Virus record (IMG/VR): IMGVR_UViG_3300017788_000011
Span: 1-64,000 of that record
Strand: one strand, 5' to 3'
Length of the DNA: 64,000 nucleotides
Source: a virus
The notes under the pieces: model-generated
Database searches by the model: none
What the model saw: only the letters and a program-made list of their open reading frames with translations
What the model was told of the DNA's origin: nothing
Shown here: positions 1 through 8,745 of the stretch, piece after piece
How the letters are laid out: every line of letters begins with the position of its first letter
Numbering within the stretch: the first letter of the stretch is position 1
Translations under genes and position numbers: made by a program

Positions 1-331
1 AGATAAAAATATGTTATGGTCGGCTTGGCAAGGATTATTCGGTCGAGACGAGCAGGGCAAAAAAGGTGGTTTCATCACAGACGACCTTGACGAAATTGCA
101 AAAATGCTAATCGGCCAGGGTGCTAATGCCAACGATTTACGATCTGTAGAAGCAATATTATCTGCCTTACCAAAAGAACAGTCAGCGGCTTTGTTAAAAA
201 GAGCCAAAGAAGATCCAGCATGGAAAGAACAACCTACGGAATCTTTTGTTCAAGAAAGTGTTGCTCGTGTATCAACCGAGGGAACATCCGCTTGGTTTAG
301 AGATATGATTAATATTGCGAGTGTCAGATGA
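1..331 (+). CDS. C-terminal part of a hypothetical, probably head-associated protein (truncated by window edge)
   Basis: Frame is open to the window start; stop TGA overlaps the next ATG (ATGA); PTE-S/VQE-S motifs near the C-terminus resemble those of neighbouring genes. Confidence 0.6.
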   Translation, partial: DKNMLWSAWQGLFGRDEQGKKGGFITDDLDEIAKMLIGQGANANDLRSVEAILSALPKEQSAALLKRAKEDPAWKEQPTESFVQESVARVSTEGTSAWFRDMINIASVR

Positions 332-1443
332 GAGCCAAAGAGTTTTTAACAGAGGCCGCAGCCAAGGTTGGCAGAGATTTTCAACATCTCGAAGACCTTG
401 TATTTGTTGATGGCAGTAAAGGTGCTCAACAGGCATTAAAATATCTGGAAAGTTTTGGTCGCAGTGCTAAAAATATTTCAGTTAAATGGGACGGTAACCC
501 CACAGTGTTTTGGGGTAGAGAACCAGACGGCAGTTTTATTCTTGTAGGTAAGAATAATTGGGACAAAGAAGCACAGGGAGGTAAGGCCCGTTCACCCGAA
601 GAATTAGAACAATTTATTAACAGTAGAGGCAAAGGCGAAGATTGGCGTGCCAAGTTTGCCACAGATATGTCAGCTCTTTGGCCCATATTTGAAGCAGCCA
701 CTCCCAAAGGTTTTAGAGGTTATATATTCGGCGATCTACTTTTTCATCCTGGTAAACCTTTTACACAGGACAAAAATTCTGTAGACTTTACACCTAATCA
801 AACAACCTATCATGTTAAGACAGACAGTAGTATAGGTAAAAAAATTGTAGATGCCAAAGTTGCCGTGGCCGCACACTTAAAGTTAGACACATTTGGTCAG
901 CCTTTGCAAGAAGGTGAAGCATTTAAAGATGTCAACGATTTTAACAACACAGAATCATTGATTGTACTTGGACAGACCTATGTAACACATCAACCTAAAG
1001 TTGATACTTCACGTGTTACACAACTTGAACAGTTTGTCAAAAGACACAGTCAAGAAATTGATCAGTTTTTACAGCCGGTGGCTGGCCTCAGTGATTTAAA
1101 AAATATCATTTACACGTATATCAATAATATGAGTAGAGAGAAAAAATTAGATCAAATCAACACAGAATTTTTCAATTGGTTACAGAACAGCAAAGTATCT
1201 GCATCTAAGCAGGCAAAGATTGTTGAATTACACAAACAACTGCCCACAGCACTGCCCAGTATTTTAACTCTTGTAGAGGAAATCATGCAGGTCAAGAATG
1301 ATATAATTGCACAACTTGATCAGGCAGAAGCAGATATAACTGCATCAACTGGTGGCAAAGCCGGTGGAGAAGGTTATGTAAGTCAGCAAGACTTCATTAA
1401 ACTTGTTCCACGAGATCGTTGGACACCTTTTAGGGCAGACTAA
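328..1443 (+). CDS. DUF6267-like phage protein with KxDG nucleotidyltransferase/ligase-like motif
   Basis: HLEDLVF, SVKWDGNP, GYIFGDLLF, GGEGYV, KLVPR resemble ligase-superfamily motifs I, III, IV, V; leader MRAKEFLTE. Confidence 0.6.
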   Translation: MRAKEFLTEAAAKVGRDFQHLEDLVFVDGSKGAQQALKYLESFGRSAKNISVKWDGNPTVFWGREPDGSFILVGKNNWDKEAQGGKARSPEELEQFINSRGKGEDWRAKFATDMSALWPIFEAATPKGFRGYIFGDLLFHPGKPFTQDKNSVDFTPNQTTYHVKTDSSIGKKIVDAKVAVAAHLKLDTFGQPLQEGEAFKDVNDFNNTESLIVLGQTYVTHQPKVDTSRVTQLEQFVKRHSQEIDQFLQPVAGLSDLKNIIYTYINNMSREKKLDQINTEFFNWLQNSKVSASKQAKIVELHKQLPTALPSILTLVEEIMQVKNDIIAQLDQAEADITASTGGKAGGEGYVSQQDFIKLVPRDRWTPFRAD

Positions 1444-1444
1444 A

Positions 1445-2578
1445 ATGTTATTAAGAGAAATATTTGAAGCCGCTGGCAAAACCGCAGTTATAATTTACGG
1501 TCGTATGAATCCTCCTACTATCGGTCACAAAAGATTAATGGAAGAATTAAAGTCTGTGGCTGCTAAAAACAAAGCAGATGCTGTGGTATTTTTATCGCAT
1601 ACACAGAATAAAAAAACAGATCCGCTGACATTTGATCAAAAAGTTATGTATGCTCATCAGATGTTTCCAGATGTGAAATTTGCCGAAGGTGAAAATTCAA
1701 AGACATTTCCTTCCGCACTGCAATATCTACAGCAATCGGGATATACCAAAGTTGTACACCTTGTAGGCAGTGATAGACTAATGGGTTTCAAGGCTATCAT
1801 TGATTCTTATAACGGTAAACCAGACAAAAGCGGCACCATACCTTTTAAATTTGACGAATATGAATTTGTAAGTTTAGACAGAGATCCTGATGCAGAAGGC
1901 GCCACCGGAATGAGCGCCAGTAAAGCCAGAGCATTGGCGGTGGCTGGAGATGTAGAATCTTTTAAATTGGCCATACCTGGTGACGATACATTGACTATGG
2001 CATTGTACAGAGATGTTAGAGAAGGCATGGGTATCAAAGAAACTGTGCCTGCAGAAAGTGTAACAGAAGATGCTGCCGGTGTAGGTATTATTACTAAGCA
2101 AAACACAACCAAAGATGTAAACAAAGGTACGCTTCGTAAAATGATGAAGGCATATCATCTTATCGACAGTATGCACCGTAAATTAACTGATCTCAGTGAA
2201 GCACCGATAGATATGGATCCTACAGATCCAATGGATCCTATGATCTATGGTTACAATAAAGCCAATCCTGGTAAACTAAAGTATCGTATGTTACGGGCCA
2301 GTAAGCAATTAAAAGATCTTGCAGATCGTGCTAAAGACGCAAGTCCATTCGAATGGCAATTAATCACTAAGCAATTCAGCGAACTGATCATAAATATTGA
2401 ACAAATTAAGCACGGATTAGAAGAACTTGCCAAGGTTAGACGCAAAGGTGGTATTAAATCTCGTGGTATTGATCCTATGATCGATAGTATTGACGAAGGA
2501 TGTAAGTACGGAAAATATTACTGTTCTACTGATAAAAAATGGAAGTGTCGAACAGGTCCTAAGCAGTCAAGGAAATAA
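1445..2578 (+). CDS. HIGH-family cytidylyltransferase-like nucleotidyltransferase with C-terminal accessory modules
   Basis: GRMNPPTIGH, VGSDR, MSASKAR motifs; likely start ATG 1445 (MLLREIFE) just after upstream TAA. Confidence 0.8.
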   Translation: MLLREIFEAAGKTAVIIYGRMNPPTIGHKRLMEELKSVAAKNKADAVVFLSHTQNKKTDPLTFDQKVMYAHQMFPDVKFAEGENSKTFPSALQYLQQSGYTKVVHLVGSDRLMGFKAIIDSYNGKPDKSGTIPFKFDEYEFVSLDRDPDAEGATGMSASKARALAVAGDVESFKLAIPGDDTLTMALYRDVREGMGIKETVPAESVTEDAAGVGIITKQNTTKDVNKGTLRKMMKAYHLIDSMHRKLTDLSEAPIDMDPTDPMDPMIYGYNKANPGKLKYRMLRASKQLKDLADRAKDASPFEWQLITKQFSELIINIEQIKHGLEELAKVRRKGGIKSRGIDPMIDSIDEGCKYGKYYCSTDKKWKCRTGPKQSRK

Positions 2579-2580
2579 TC

Positions 2581-2814
2581 ATGGACGATATTGCACGTTT
2601 AAAACATCTCGCTGGTATTACTCCCTTTCAAGGATATAAGCCTGTAGAAATAGAAAATATCAGTCACACTGGTACTGAAAAACGAGAACTTGAACGTAAA
2701 CACAATATCAAACCTGGCACACCGGAATGGTTTCAACTATGGTTTAGTTTACCTAAACTAACAGGAGAACGTGCTGTTAGTGTTCCGCCCAGTTTTAGAG
2801 GACGCAAAAAATGA
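2581..2814 (+). CDS. hypothetical phage protein
   Basis: 77 aa, tightly packed; N-terminal LKHLAGI motif; IKPGTPEWFQLWF. Confidence 0.7.
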   Translation: MDDIARLKHLAGITPFQGYKPVEIENISHTGTEKRELERKHNIKPGTPEWFQLWFSLPKLTGERAVSVPPSFRGRKK

Positions 2815-2882
2815 ATCCATATCCAGTGTATCCCGAAGACGACGGTTACGATCGTCCAAAAAATCCTTATAGCCCAGTATGA
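2811..2882 (+). CDS. 23-aa microprotein MNPYPVYPEDDGYDRPKNPYSPV
   Basis: ATGA overlaps with both the upstream stop and the downstream start; fills the gap exactly. Confidence 0.6.
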   Translation: MNPYPVYPEDDGYDRPKNPYSPV

Positions 2883-3979
2883 AAGCCCACGAATTCGTCA
2901 CTGAAAAGAAGAAAAAACGTAGAAACAAATACGGTTTAGCCGCATGGGGACCGGGTCCTTACGGGGGCTACGGATATCTTGCAGGTTATAGCGGTGACAG
3001 CGGAGCACCTTCTGGAGGAGACGGGGGCGGTGTAGGGGAAGGCAAAGTAAAATTATATACAGACCCTGATTACTTTGGTGCAGAAGTAGATGACAGTGGG
3101 TTTGACAGTTTGCCGGTGGTAAACATTCCGGCCGATCAATTGGTAGGCTTTGAACCTGATGACAAAATGAATCAATCTAAAAGCAAAGCCAATGTTAAAA
3201 AGATTGTTGCTGGCTTAGAAAAAGGCGAAAAACTGCCTCCAATACTGGTTCGCAAATACAAATAAGGTTATCAAGTTTTAGATGGTCATCACAGATTCTG
3301 GGCCTACAAATTACTGAAGATAAAATCAATACCAGCACAAATTGTGCCTGCCAAAGACATAGAAGAAATATCAAAGCAAGGTGTGGCGGAAGCCTCATAC
3401 CCAGGAAATCTCGGTGTTATAGAATTAATACAATTTTTCAGAGAGCATCCTAATTTAATAACAGATTATAAAATACTTAAACAAAAAAAGGGTTCAGAAA
3501 CTGCGCTAAAATGGGCATTGTCCAAGATGCAGTTAGAATTAGAACCTGTAATTCAAGACAGTGCAATCAACGAATTAAAAACAAAAATCACAGATAACGA
3601 TATAAGACGCATTATCAAAGACAAATTAGCCATAGATGCAGAAACCGGTGAAGAGGCCATGCGCAGAGCTATAGATAAAATGACAGAATTACCCAGTACT
3701 TTATATGTAAAAACTCAGGCAGCACAATTAATGATGCTGTACAAGGCAGCAAAAATGAGTATCGGTGGGGAACATTATCGTAAATTAAGTAAATTAACTG
3801 AAAATTTTGCTGACGGGCGTAATCCTAAAGATAAGGGAGATTCTGCCAGGCACGGAATTCCTAAAAAAGCATCTATAGCGCAACTTAAAAAAATACGTAG
3901 CAGTGACACAGCAAGTCCACGTAAGAAGCAGTTAGCCCATTGGCAAATTAACATGCGTCAAGGTCGTAAAAAGAAATAA
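2879..3979 (+). pseudogene. multi-module head protein with a ParB/Srx-like domain interrupted by in-frame TAA (3263-3265)
   Basis: ORFs 2879-3265 and 3344-3979 share a frame; read-through gives LPPILVRKYK*GYQVLDGHHRFWAYKLLKIKSIPAQIV, a ParB N-terminal-like signature. Confidence 0.7.
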
Positions 3980-3982
3980 ATA
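3976..3982 (+). promoter_or_regulatory. putative late promoter core ATAAATA
   Basis: Resembles T4 late TATAAATA; recurs at 6232, 31106, 36946 (+) and 45085, 49662 (-) ahead of gene starts. Confidence 0.5.
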
Positions 3983-4019
3983 CGACATCGGGAATTAACC
4001 CGTTTTTAAAGGGACTATT

Positions 4020-4655
4020 ATGAGCTTTGAATTTAATTTTACTGCTGAGAAATTAGCACACTGCTTACATAAAAATAAAAATCCTAATGCGTGGTTCGAA
4101 GCATTAGAAAAGCATTTACCGTCATTTGAGATTGTTACTCCTTCAAGAGTAGCAGGTTTTGTAGCACAATGTCAACACGAATCTGCTGATTTTACTGTGC
4201 TAACAGAAAACTTAAATTACAGCGCAGATGCATTAAACAAACTTTTCCCCAAATACTTTATTAATGCAGGACGTGATGCACAGGAATATCATCGTCAGCC
4301 TGAGAAAATTGCCAACGTAATTTATGCAAGTCGTATGGGCAACGGAGACACAGCATCAGGCGATGGCTGGAAATTTCGCGGACGTGGAATTCTTCAAATC
4401 ACTGGTAGGTCAAACTATACCCAGTGTTCAAGAGACTTATTTCAAGACGATACTTTAGTAGAAAATCCCGAATATCTTCTTGATCCAGAATATGCTATAC
4501 TCAGTGCCTGCTGGTTCTGGCACAAAAATAATTTAAATCAATTCTGCGACAGTGGTGATGTTGTAACTCTGTCAAAGCGAATTAACGGTGGTACTATAGG
4601 ATTAGACGACCGTGTTAAGCATTGGAACATTTGTTTAGAGACCTTCGAATCATGA
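4020..4655 (+). CDS. glycoside hydrolase family 19 (chitinase-like) endolysin
   Basis: FVAQCQHES, ENLNYS, DGWKFRGRGILQITGRSNY, SACWFW, INGGTIGLDDR. Confidence 0.92.
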   Translation: MSFEFNFTAEKLAHCLHKNKNPNAWFEALEKHLPSFEIVTPSRVAGFVAQCQHESADFTVLTENLNYSADALNKLFPKYFINAGRDAQEYHRQPEKIANVIYASRMGNGDTASGDGWKFRGRGILQITGRSNYTQCSRDLFQDDTLVENPEYLLDPEYAILSACWFWHKNNLNQFCDSGDVVTLSKRINGGTIGLDDRVKHWNICLETFES

Positions 4656-5572
4656 AAATTAGAGAAATCTGTGAATCATTAATCAACGAAAAAACTGCAT
4701 CATCAGTTGATCAACTATTTGATCCCACCGCAACAGAAATCAAACAGGGGTCAACTGGTCCCATAGTTAAAGCATTTCAATGGACATTGGATCAACTTGG
4801 TTATAATCCCGGCAGCATTGACGGACATTTTGGTCCGCGTACTACTAACACAACTAAAAAATATCAAAAAGACAACGGTATTGAAGCAGACGGTGTAGTA
4901 GGTAAATCTACCTATTCTTTATTGAACACAGATTTAGATGAAAAAGGCATCGACGAATTTCCTGCAGGCATAGGATTGAAACCAAAAAAACCATCATTCA
5001 GCATAGATCCTGAAAAAAGCGGGTTCGGTATAAAAGTTCCCGAGCCTACAGATACATCAGCAATAGGTGGCGTTGAAGGCAAAGTACTGGATTGGATTTC
5101 TCAATTCGAATCTGGCGGTTATTATGATAAAATGTACGGTGGCAAACGTTATCCCGAAATTCTCGATATGACTCTACGCGAATTAGTGGAATTTCAAAAG
5201 AAACACATCAACAAATTAAGACGTAGAGGTAATAGAAATGCCACATCGGCTTCGGGTAGATATCAATTTGTCACAAAAACATTAGTGGCCACAGCCAAGG
5301 ACATGGGTCTTGATCCCGATAGTACACGGTTTTCACCTAAGACACAGGATGAGATGATTGTACATGTGTTGAAAAAATATCGAGGTCTTGATCGCTGGTT
5401 GGCGGGGAAATTACCTACCTCTGCTTTCTTAAAAAATCTTTCTCAGGAATTTGCTTCATTGCCGGACCCCGAAACTGGTGTTTCTTTTTACCAAGGTGTA
5501 GGCGATAACAAGGCAGGAACTACCACAAGCAAAGCAGTGGCACAACTTGCACAAATAAGGAAATTGGCTTAA
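4652..5572 (+). CDS. peptidoglycan-binding domain plus lysozyme-like domain (virion-associated muramidase)
   Basis: GSIDGHFGPRT...DGVVGKST PG-binding repeat; ISQFESGGYY, ASGRYQF, FSPKTQD, LSQEFASLP; ATGA overlap at 4652. Confidence 0.8.
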   Translation: MKIREICESLINEKTASSVDQLFDPTATEIKQGSTGPIVKAFQWTLDQLGYNPGSIDGHFGPRTTNTTKKYQKDNGIEADGVVGKSTYSLLNTDLDEKGIDEFPAGIGLKPKKPSFSIDPEKSGFGIKVPEPTDTSAIGGVEGKVLDWISQFESGGYYDKMYGGKRYPEILDMTLRELVEFQKKHINKLRRRGNRNATSASGRYQFVTKTLVATAKDMGLDPDSTRFSPKTQDEMIVHVLKKYRGLDRWLAGKLPTSAFLKNLSQEFASLPDPETGVSFYQGVGDNKAGTTTSKAVAQLAQIRKLA

Positions 5573-6235
5573 ATGTATATCTACGAATTACACGAGTCTA
5601 AATCATCTAAGGCACCTAAGCCAAGAAACTTTGTGGCAAAAAATGCTCCTAAGGCAGGAGCAGGTGCGCACAAAGATAAAAAGAAGGCAGCCAAACAAGG
5701 CGATGTAAAACACAAAGGTAAAGTGGCGGAAGGCTCATTAGAAGAATACGGTGATACTGCTAAGGGTCAAAAGATGTTGACCAAAGTTCAGAAACGTGCT
5801 GTAGATAGAGTAGTATCTAAGAAAGCAGATACTGATCCTAAGTATGCTAAAAAGAATCAAGACACTGCTAATCGTGCTTGGGACAGAATGACGGATGTTG
5901 ACGAAGGATTAAAAGATCCCAAGGATAATCCTTGCTGGAAGGGCTACAAGCCTGTAGGTACTAAAAAGAAGAATGGCAAAACTGTGCCTAACTGTGTGCC
6001 CAAGGAAAGTGTGAGAGAAACAGCCACTCCAGGTGCGACCTCTGCAGGCAGCGTTGCTACTGTGGTCAGTCCACATTTGGCCATAGGAAAACCTAATAAA
6101 TCCTACACTGGTAGTCCTGGAAAATCAGGTACCAAAGCACCTAATGCACCCAAAGTTAAAATGCAAAAGCCCAGCGATAATGCTTTAAATATGAAGACCA
6201 ATATTTTTGGTGAAGGCAATGCTATAAAGCGATAA
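5573..6235 (+). CDS. basic modular putative head internal protein
   Basis: Leader MYIYELHE; CWKGYKPVGTKKKNGKTVPNCVP module; VAE/VDE/VRE sites. Confidence 0.65.
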   Translation: MYIYELHESKSSKAPKPRNFVAKNAPKAGAGAHKDKKKAAKQGDVKHKGKVAEGSLEEYGDTAKGQKMLTKVQKRAVDRVVSKKADTDPKYAKKNQDTANRAWDRMTDVDEGLKDPKDNPCWKGYKPVGTKKKNGKTVPNCVPKESVRETATPGATSAGSVATVVSPHLAIGKPNKSYTGSPGKSGTKAPNAPKVKMQKPSDNALNMKTNIFGEGNAIKR

Positions 6236-6238
6236 ATA
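6232..6238 (+). promoter_or_regulatory. putative late promoter core ATAAATA
   Basis: Upstream of GGAG RBS and ATG 6262. Confidence 0.5.
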
Positions 6239-6261
6239 TAACAATACAACGGAGATTTGAA

Positions 6262-7158
6262 ATGCATGACGATCACGAAGCAATGATGGCCAGAGCCGAA
6301 CTGTACAAGGCCGCCAAATATGCGATGAAACTATTTAAAATGATTCGCGAGGGCGACGAACTTGAAGGTTGGGTATCTGCTAAAATTACCAAAGCGGCTG
6401 ACTATCTTGATTCGGTAGCGCATTACATGGAATATCATCAAGAAGTTAAACACGAATTTGAAGCATTAGATTACAAAGGTAGTCTAAGAGAAGCTCTTGA
6501 CCGTACTCTTGTAGAAGCCAAGAAAAAGGTCGAGATGAAGAAAAAACTCGAAAAGAAAAAAGCAGAAATTGACGAATCACTAAACGAAAACGATGATGCT
6601 ATCAAAGCACACGAAAAACAAGGTCGCAGAGTTAAGCGCCACAGTGACGGTTCTTATACTTGGTATGATGACAAAGATAAAATTGCCCGCAAAGTGAAAA
6701 AAGGCGGCAAGGGTGGGGAATCAGTAAAATACACACCTAAGGGTAAAAAAGAAGACGATCCGGATCTCGACGAATCCAGAGAACTTGTCAGTCCGCCAGA
6801 CGGAGCCACTGCTCCTCCCCCAAAAGGCAAAGACGGAAAGTATCCTATTGTAACTTCCGGGCCACACAAAGGCAAGCGTTGGAGTCCACAAACACCTGGT
6901 CCGACAAATCCTAATTTTAAAGAATCTAAATCTAAACCAGATTTCCTCGATGTAGACAAAGATGGTGATAAAAAAGAGCCAATGAAAAAGGCACTGAAAG
7001 ATAAAAAAGTCAAAGAAAGTGCTAAACTGGAGGTAGATCCTAAAGACAAAGATCTTGAGGTTAAAAAAAATAAAGGTAAAACCACAGTAACTTCTAAAAC
7101 TGGTCGCGTTACAACAGTAATAGACAAAGACAAAATGAAAGTAGCCTCGGGAAAATAG
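6262..7158 (+). CDS. charged modular putative head protein with EF-hand-like DxDxDG loop
   Basis: LEGWVSAKITKAADYL segment; DFLDVDKDGDKKE; repeated xxE-S sites. Confidence 0.65.
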   Translation: MHDDHEAMMARAELYKAAKYAMKLFKMIREGDELEGWVSAKITKAADYLDSVAHYMEYHQEVKHEFEALDYKGSLREALDRTLVEAKKKVEMKKKLEKKKAEIDESLNENDDAIKAHEKQGRRVKRHSDGSYTWYDDKDKIARKVKKGGKGGESVKYTPKGKKEDDPDLDESRELVSPPDGATAPPPKGKDGKYPIVTSGPHKGKRWSPQTPGPTNPNFKESKSKPDFLDVDKDGDKKEPMKKALKDKKVKESAKLEVDPKDKDLEVKKNKGKTTVTSKTGRVTTVIDKDKMKVASGK

Positions 7159-7162
7159 TATC

Positions 7163-8626
7163 ATGGACATGAAAAAATTACTATCAATTGTCGACGGTCA
7201 GGCAAAATCAACGACCACTGCATCTGCATCTGGAGATATGAAAAAGTTTATGTCTATAGTCAGCGGGGCTAAAACTACACAGGAAAAAACTGTTATCAAA
7301 GAATCTGCTATCAATTCTTATGTCAATCAAGTAAAGGAAGACATTAAAGAACAAAAACAGATCATCGATGAAGAAGTTGCTGCCAAGGCAAGACGTGTAG
7401 CAAATAAGCTCAAAGAAAAATATGGCCTCAAAAAGAAAGAGCAGAAACAAGGTTACGAAAAACAGAAAAATAAAGTTAGAGAAAATAATCAGTTAGTTGA
7501 AAAGTTTGAATATTCTTCTGGTACTAAATTAGGTGATGAAGAACTGAGGAAAATAGCCAAAGATCAGGGATGGGAAGTCGACAAAAATATAGAATTCGTT
7601 GACCCGGATTCGCCATCAGGACTAAAAGCATCATTTAAACACACACCCCACGCGATGCTGTTAGATCCCGATTGGGTACAACCTCATGGAGGTCTCGATC
7701 TGCGAGACCCAGAGGCCATAAGAAGAAGCCTTGACGCACAGATGAAAACACAAGATTGGCAGAGCAAATCTGATTTTGACAAGGCCGGATTACAAGCATT
7801 GAGGGCACAACAAATAATTGATGCTGAAAAGTATCAATCAATAATTAGAAATCCTTCTCTAAAAAGAGCACCCGCTAAAAAAGATCCTGCTGTACTGGCA
7901 CGTCAACAAGAATTAATTAAGGCTGGTGCTAAAATTAAAGCAGACGGCATTATGGGACCACAAACACAAAAAGCCGAAAAAGAATTTGGTGCTAAAGTTC
8001 CTAAAGCAGTAATGGCCAGTCAAACAAACGATCCAGGCGCAAAGCACAAATCAGGTATGCAACAGTTGATGCCGAAAATTTCTCAAGCCAAGGAACTATT
8101 AGCAAAAATGCCTGATTCTCCAGGCAAAGCCAAAGCAGGAGAACATATTGCGGCCGCCGAAGAAAATATCAATGCTGGTAATTCTTTCAAAGCATTATAT
8201 CATATTGCACAGTTTTCAAGATATGCAGGAACCACAGAAGGCCGTGTAATTGAAAGCATTAATATTGAAGCAATGAAACATTATCTCAGCCGATTAGACG
8301 AACGTGTAACTATTGGTCCAGATGGTCAGATACAAGGCGGATTTAAACCATCCAGACCAGCCGATCCTGCGGCAGCACCTGCAGATGCTCCTGTACAGGA
8401 GCCAAAGAAATCATCTGTTGAAAGATATACTCCAGGTGTAACATATCCGGCGGCTTACACAATTTCATATAACGGTAAAGAATATAAATTTGCAGGCCGA
8501 GAGAAAACAGGTCCTGGAACTGGAGAAAAAATCGTTGTAGGTGCCGGGGCAGTCGGTATTAGAGGCTTGGCTCCTACAAATGTTGAATTAGGTAATGACG
8601 GTATGTATTACATTGCTGGAAAATAA
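7163..8626 (+). CDS. modular putative virion protein with PG-binding-like motif
   Basis: DPAVLARQQELIKAGAKIKADGIMGPQT; duplicated N-terminal DMKKLLSIV/DMKKFMSIV. Confidence 0.6.
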   Translation: MDMKKLLSIVDGQAKSTTTASASGDMKKFMSIVSGAKTTQEKTVIKESAINSYVNQVKEDIKEQKQIIDEEVAAKARRVANKLKEKYGLKKKEQKQGYEKQKNKVRENNQLVEKFEYSSGTKLGDEELRKIAKDQGWEVDKNIEFVDPDSPSGLKASFKHTPHAMLLDPDWVQPHGGLDLRDPEAIRRSLDAQMKTQDWQSKSDFDKAGLQALRAQQIIDAEKYQSIIRNPSLKRAPAKKDPAVLARQQELIKAGAKIKADGIMGPQTQKAEKEFGAKVPKAVMASQTNDPGAKHKSGMQQLMPKISQAKELLAKMPDSPGKAKAGEHIAAAEENINAGNSFKALYHIAQFSRYAGTTEGRVIESINIEAMKHYLSRLDERVTIGPDGQIQGGFKPSRPADPAAAPADAPVQEPKKSSVERYTPGVTYPAAYTISYNGKEYKFAGREKTGPGTGEKIVVGAGAVGIRGLAPTNVELGNDGMYYIAGK

Positions 8627-8628
8627 AA

Positions 8629-8724
8629 ACACCTACCTTAGGACGTTATCGTTACATAGGTGTGCCCGGCTGCTGGGCAGAGCGTTATGGGAGTCGTGCC
8701 CCGGAATGGCGCACTAAAGTGAGC
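8629..8724 (+). ncRNA. candidate structured RNA (three stem-loops), family unidentified
   Basis: GC-rich intergenic segment: ACACCTA/TAGGTGT, TGCCCGG/CTGGGCA, GCGTTAT/ATGGCGC with inner GGG/CCC; strand assumed from flanking genes and G-U pairs. Confidence 0.5.
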
Positions 8725-8745
8725 ATGAACAATTAAGGATATGAC

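Noticed and set aside
3989-4007. Terminator CGGG-AATTAA-CCCG-TTTTT
   Set aside because: Only a 4-bp stem, and it lies just downstream of a putative late promoter; too weak to call
8629-8724. tRNA or rho-independent terminator
   Set aside because: No cloverleaf, TTC loop or CCA end; no U-tract after the stems
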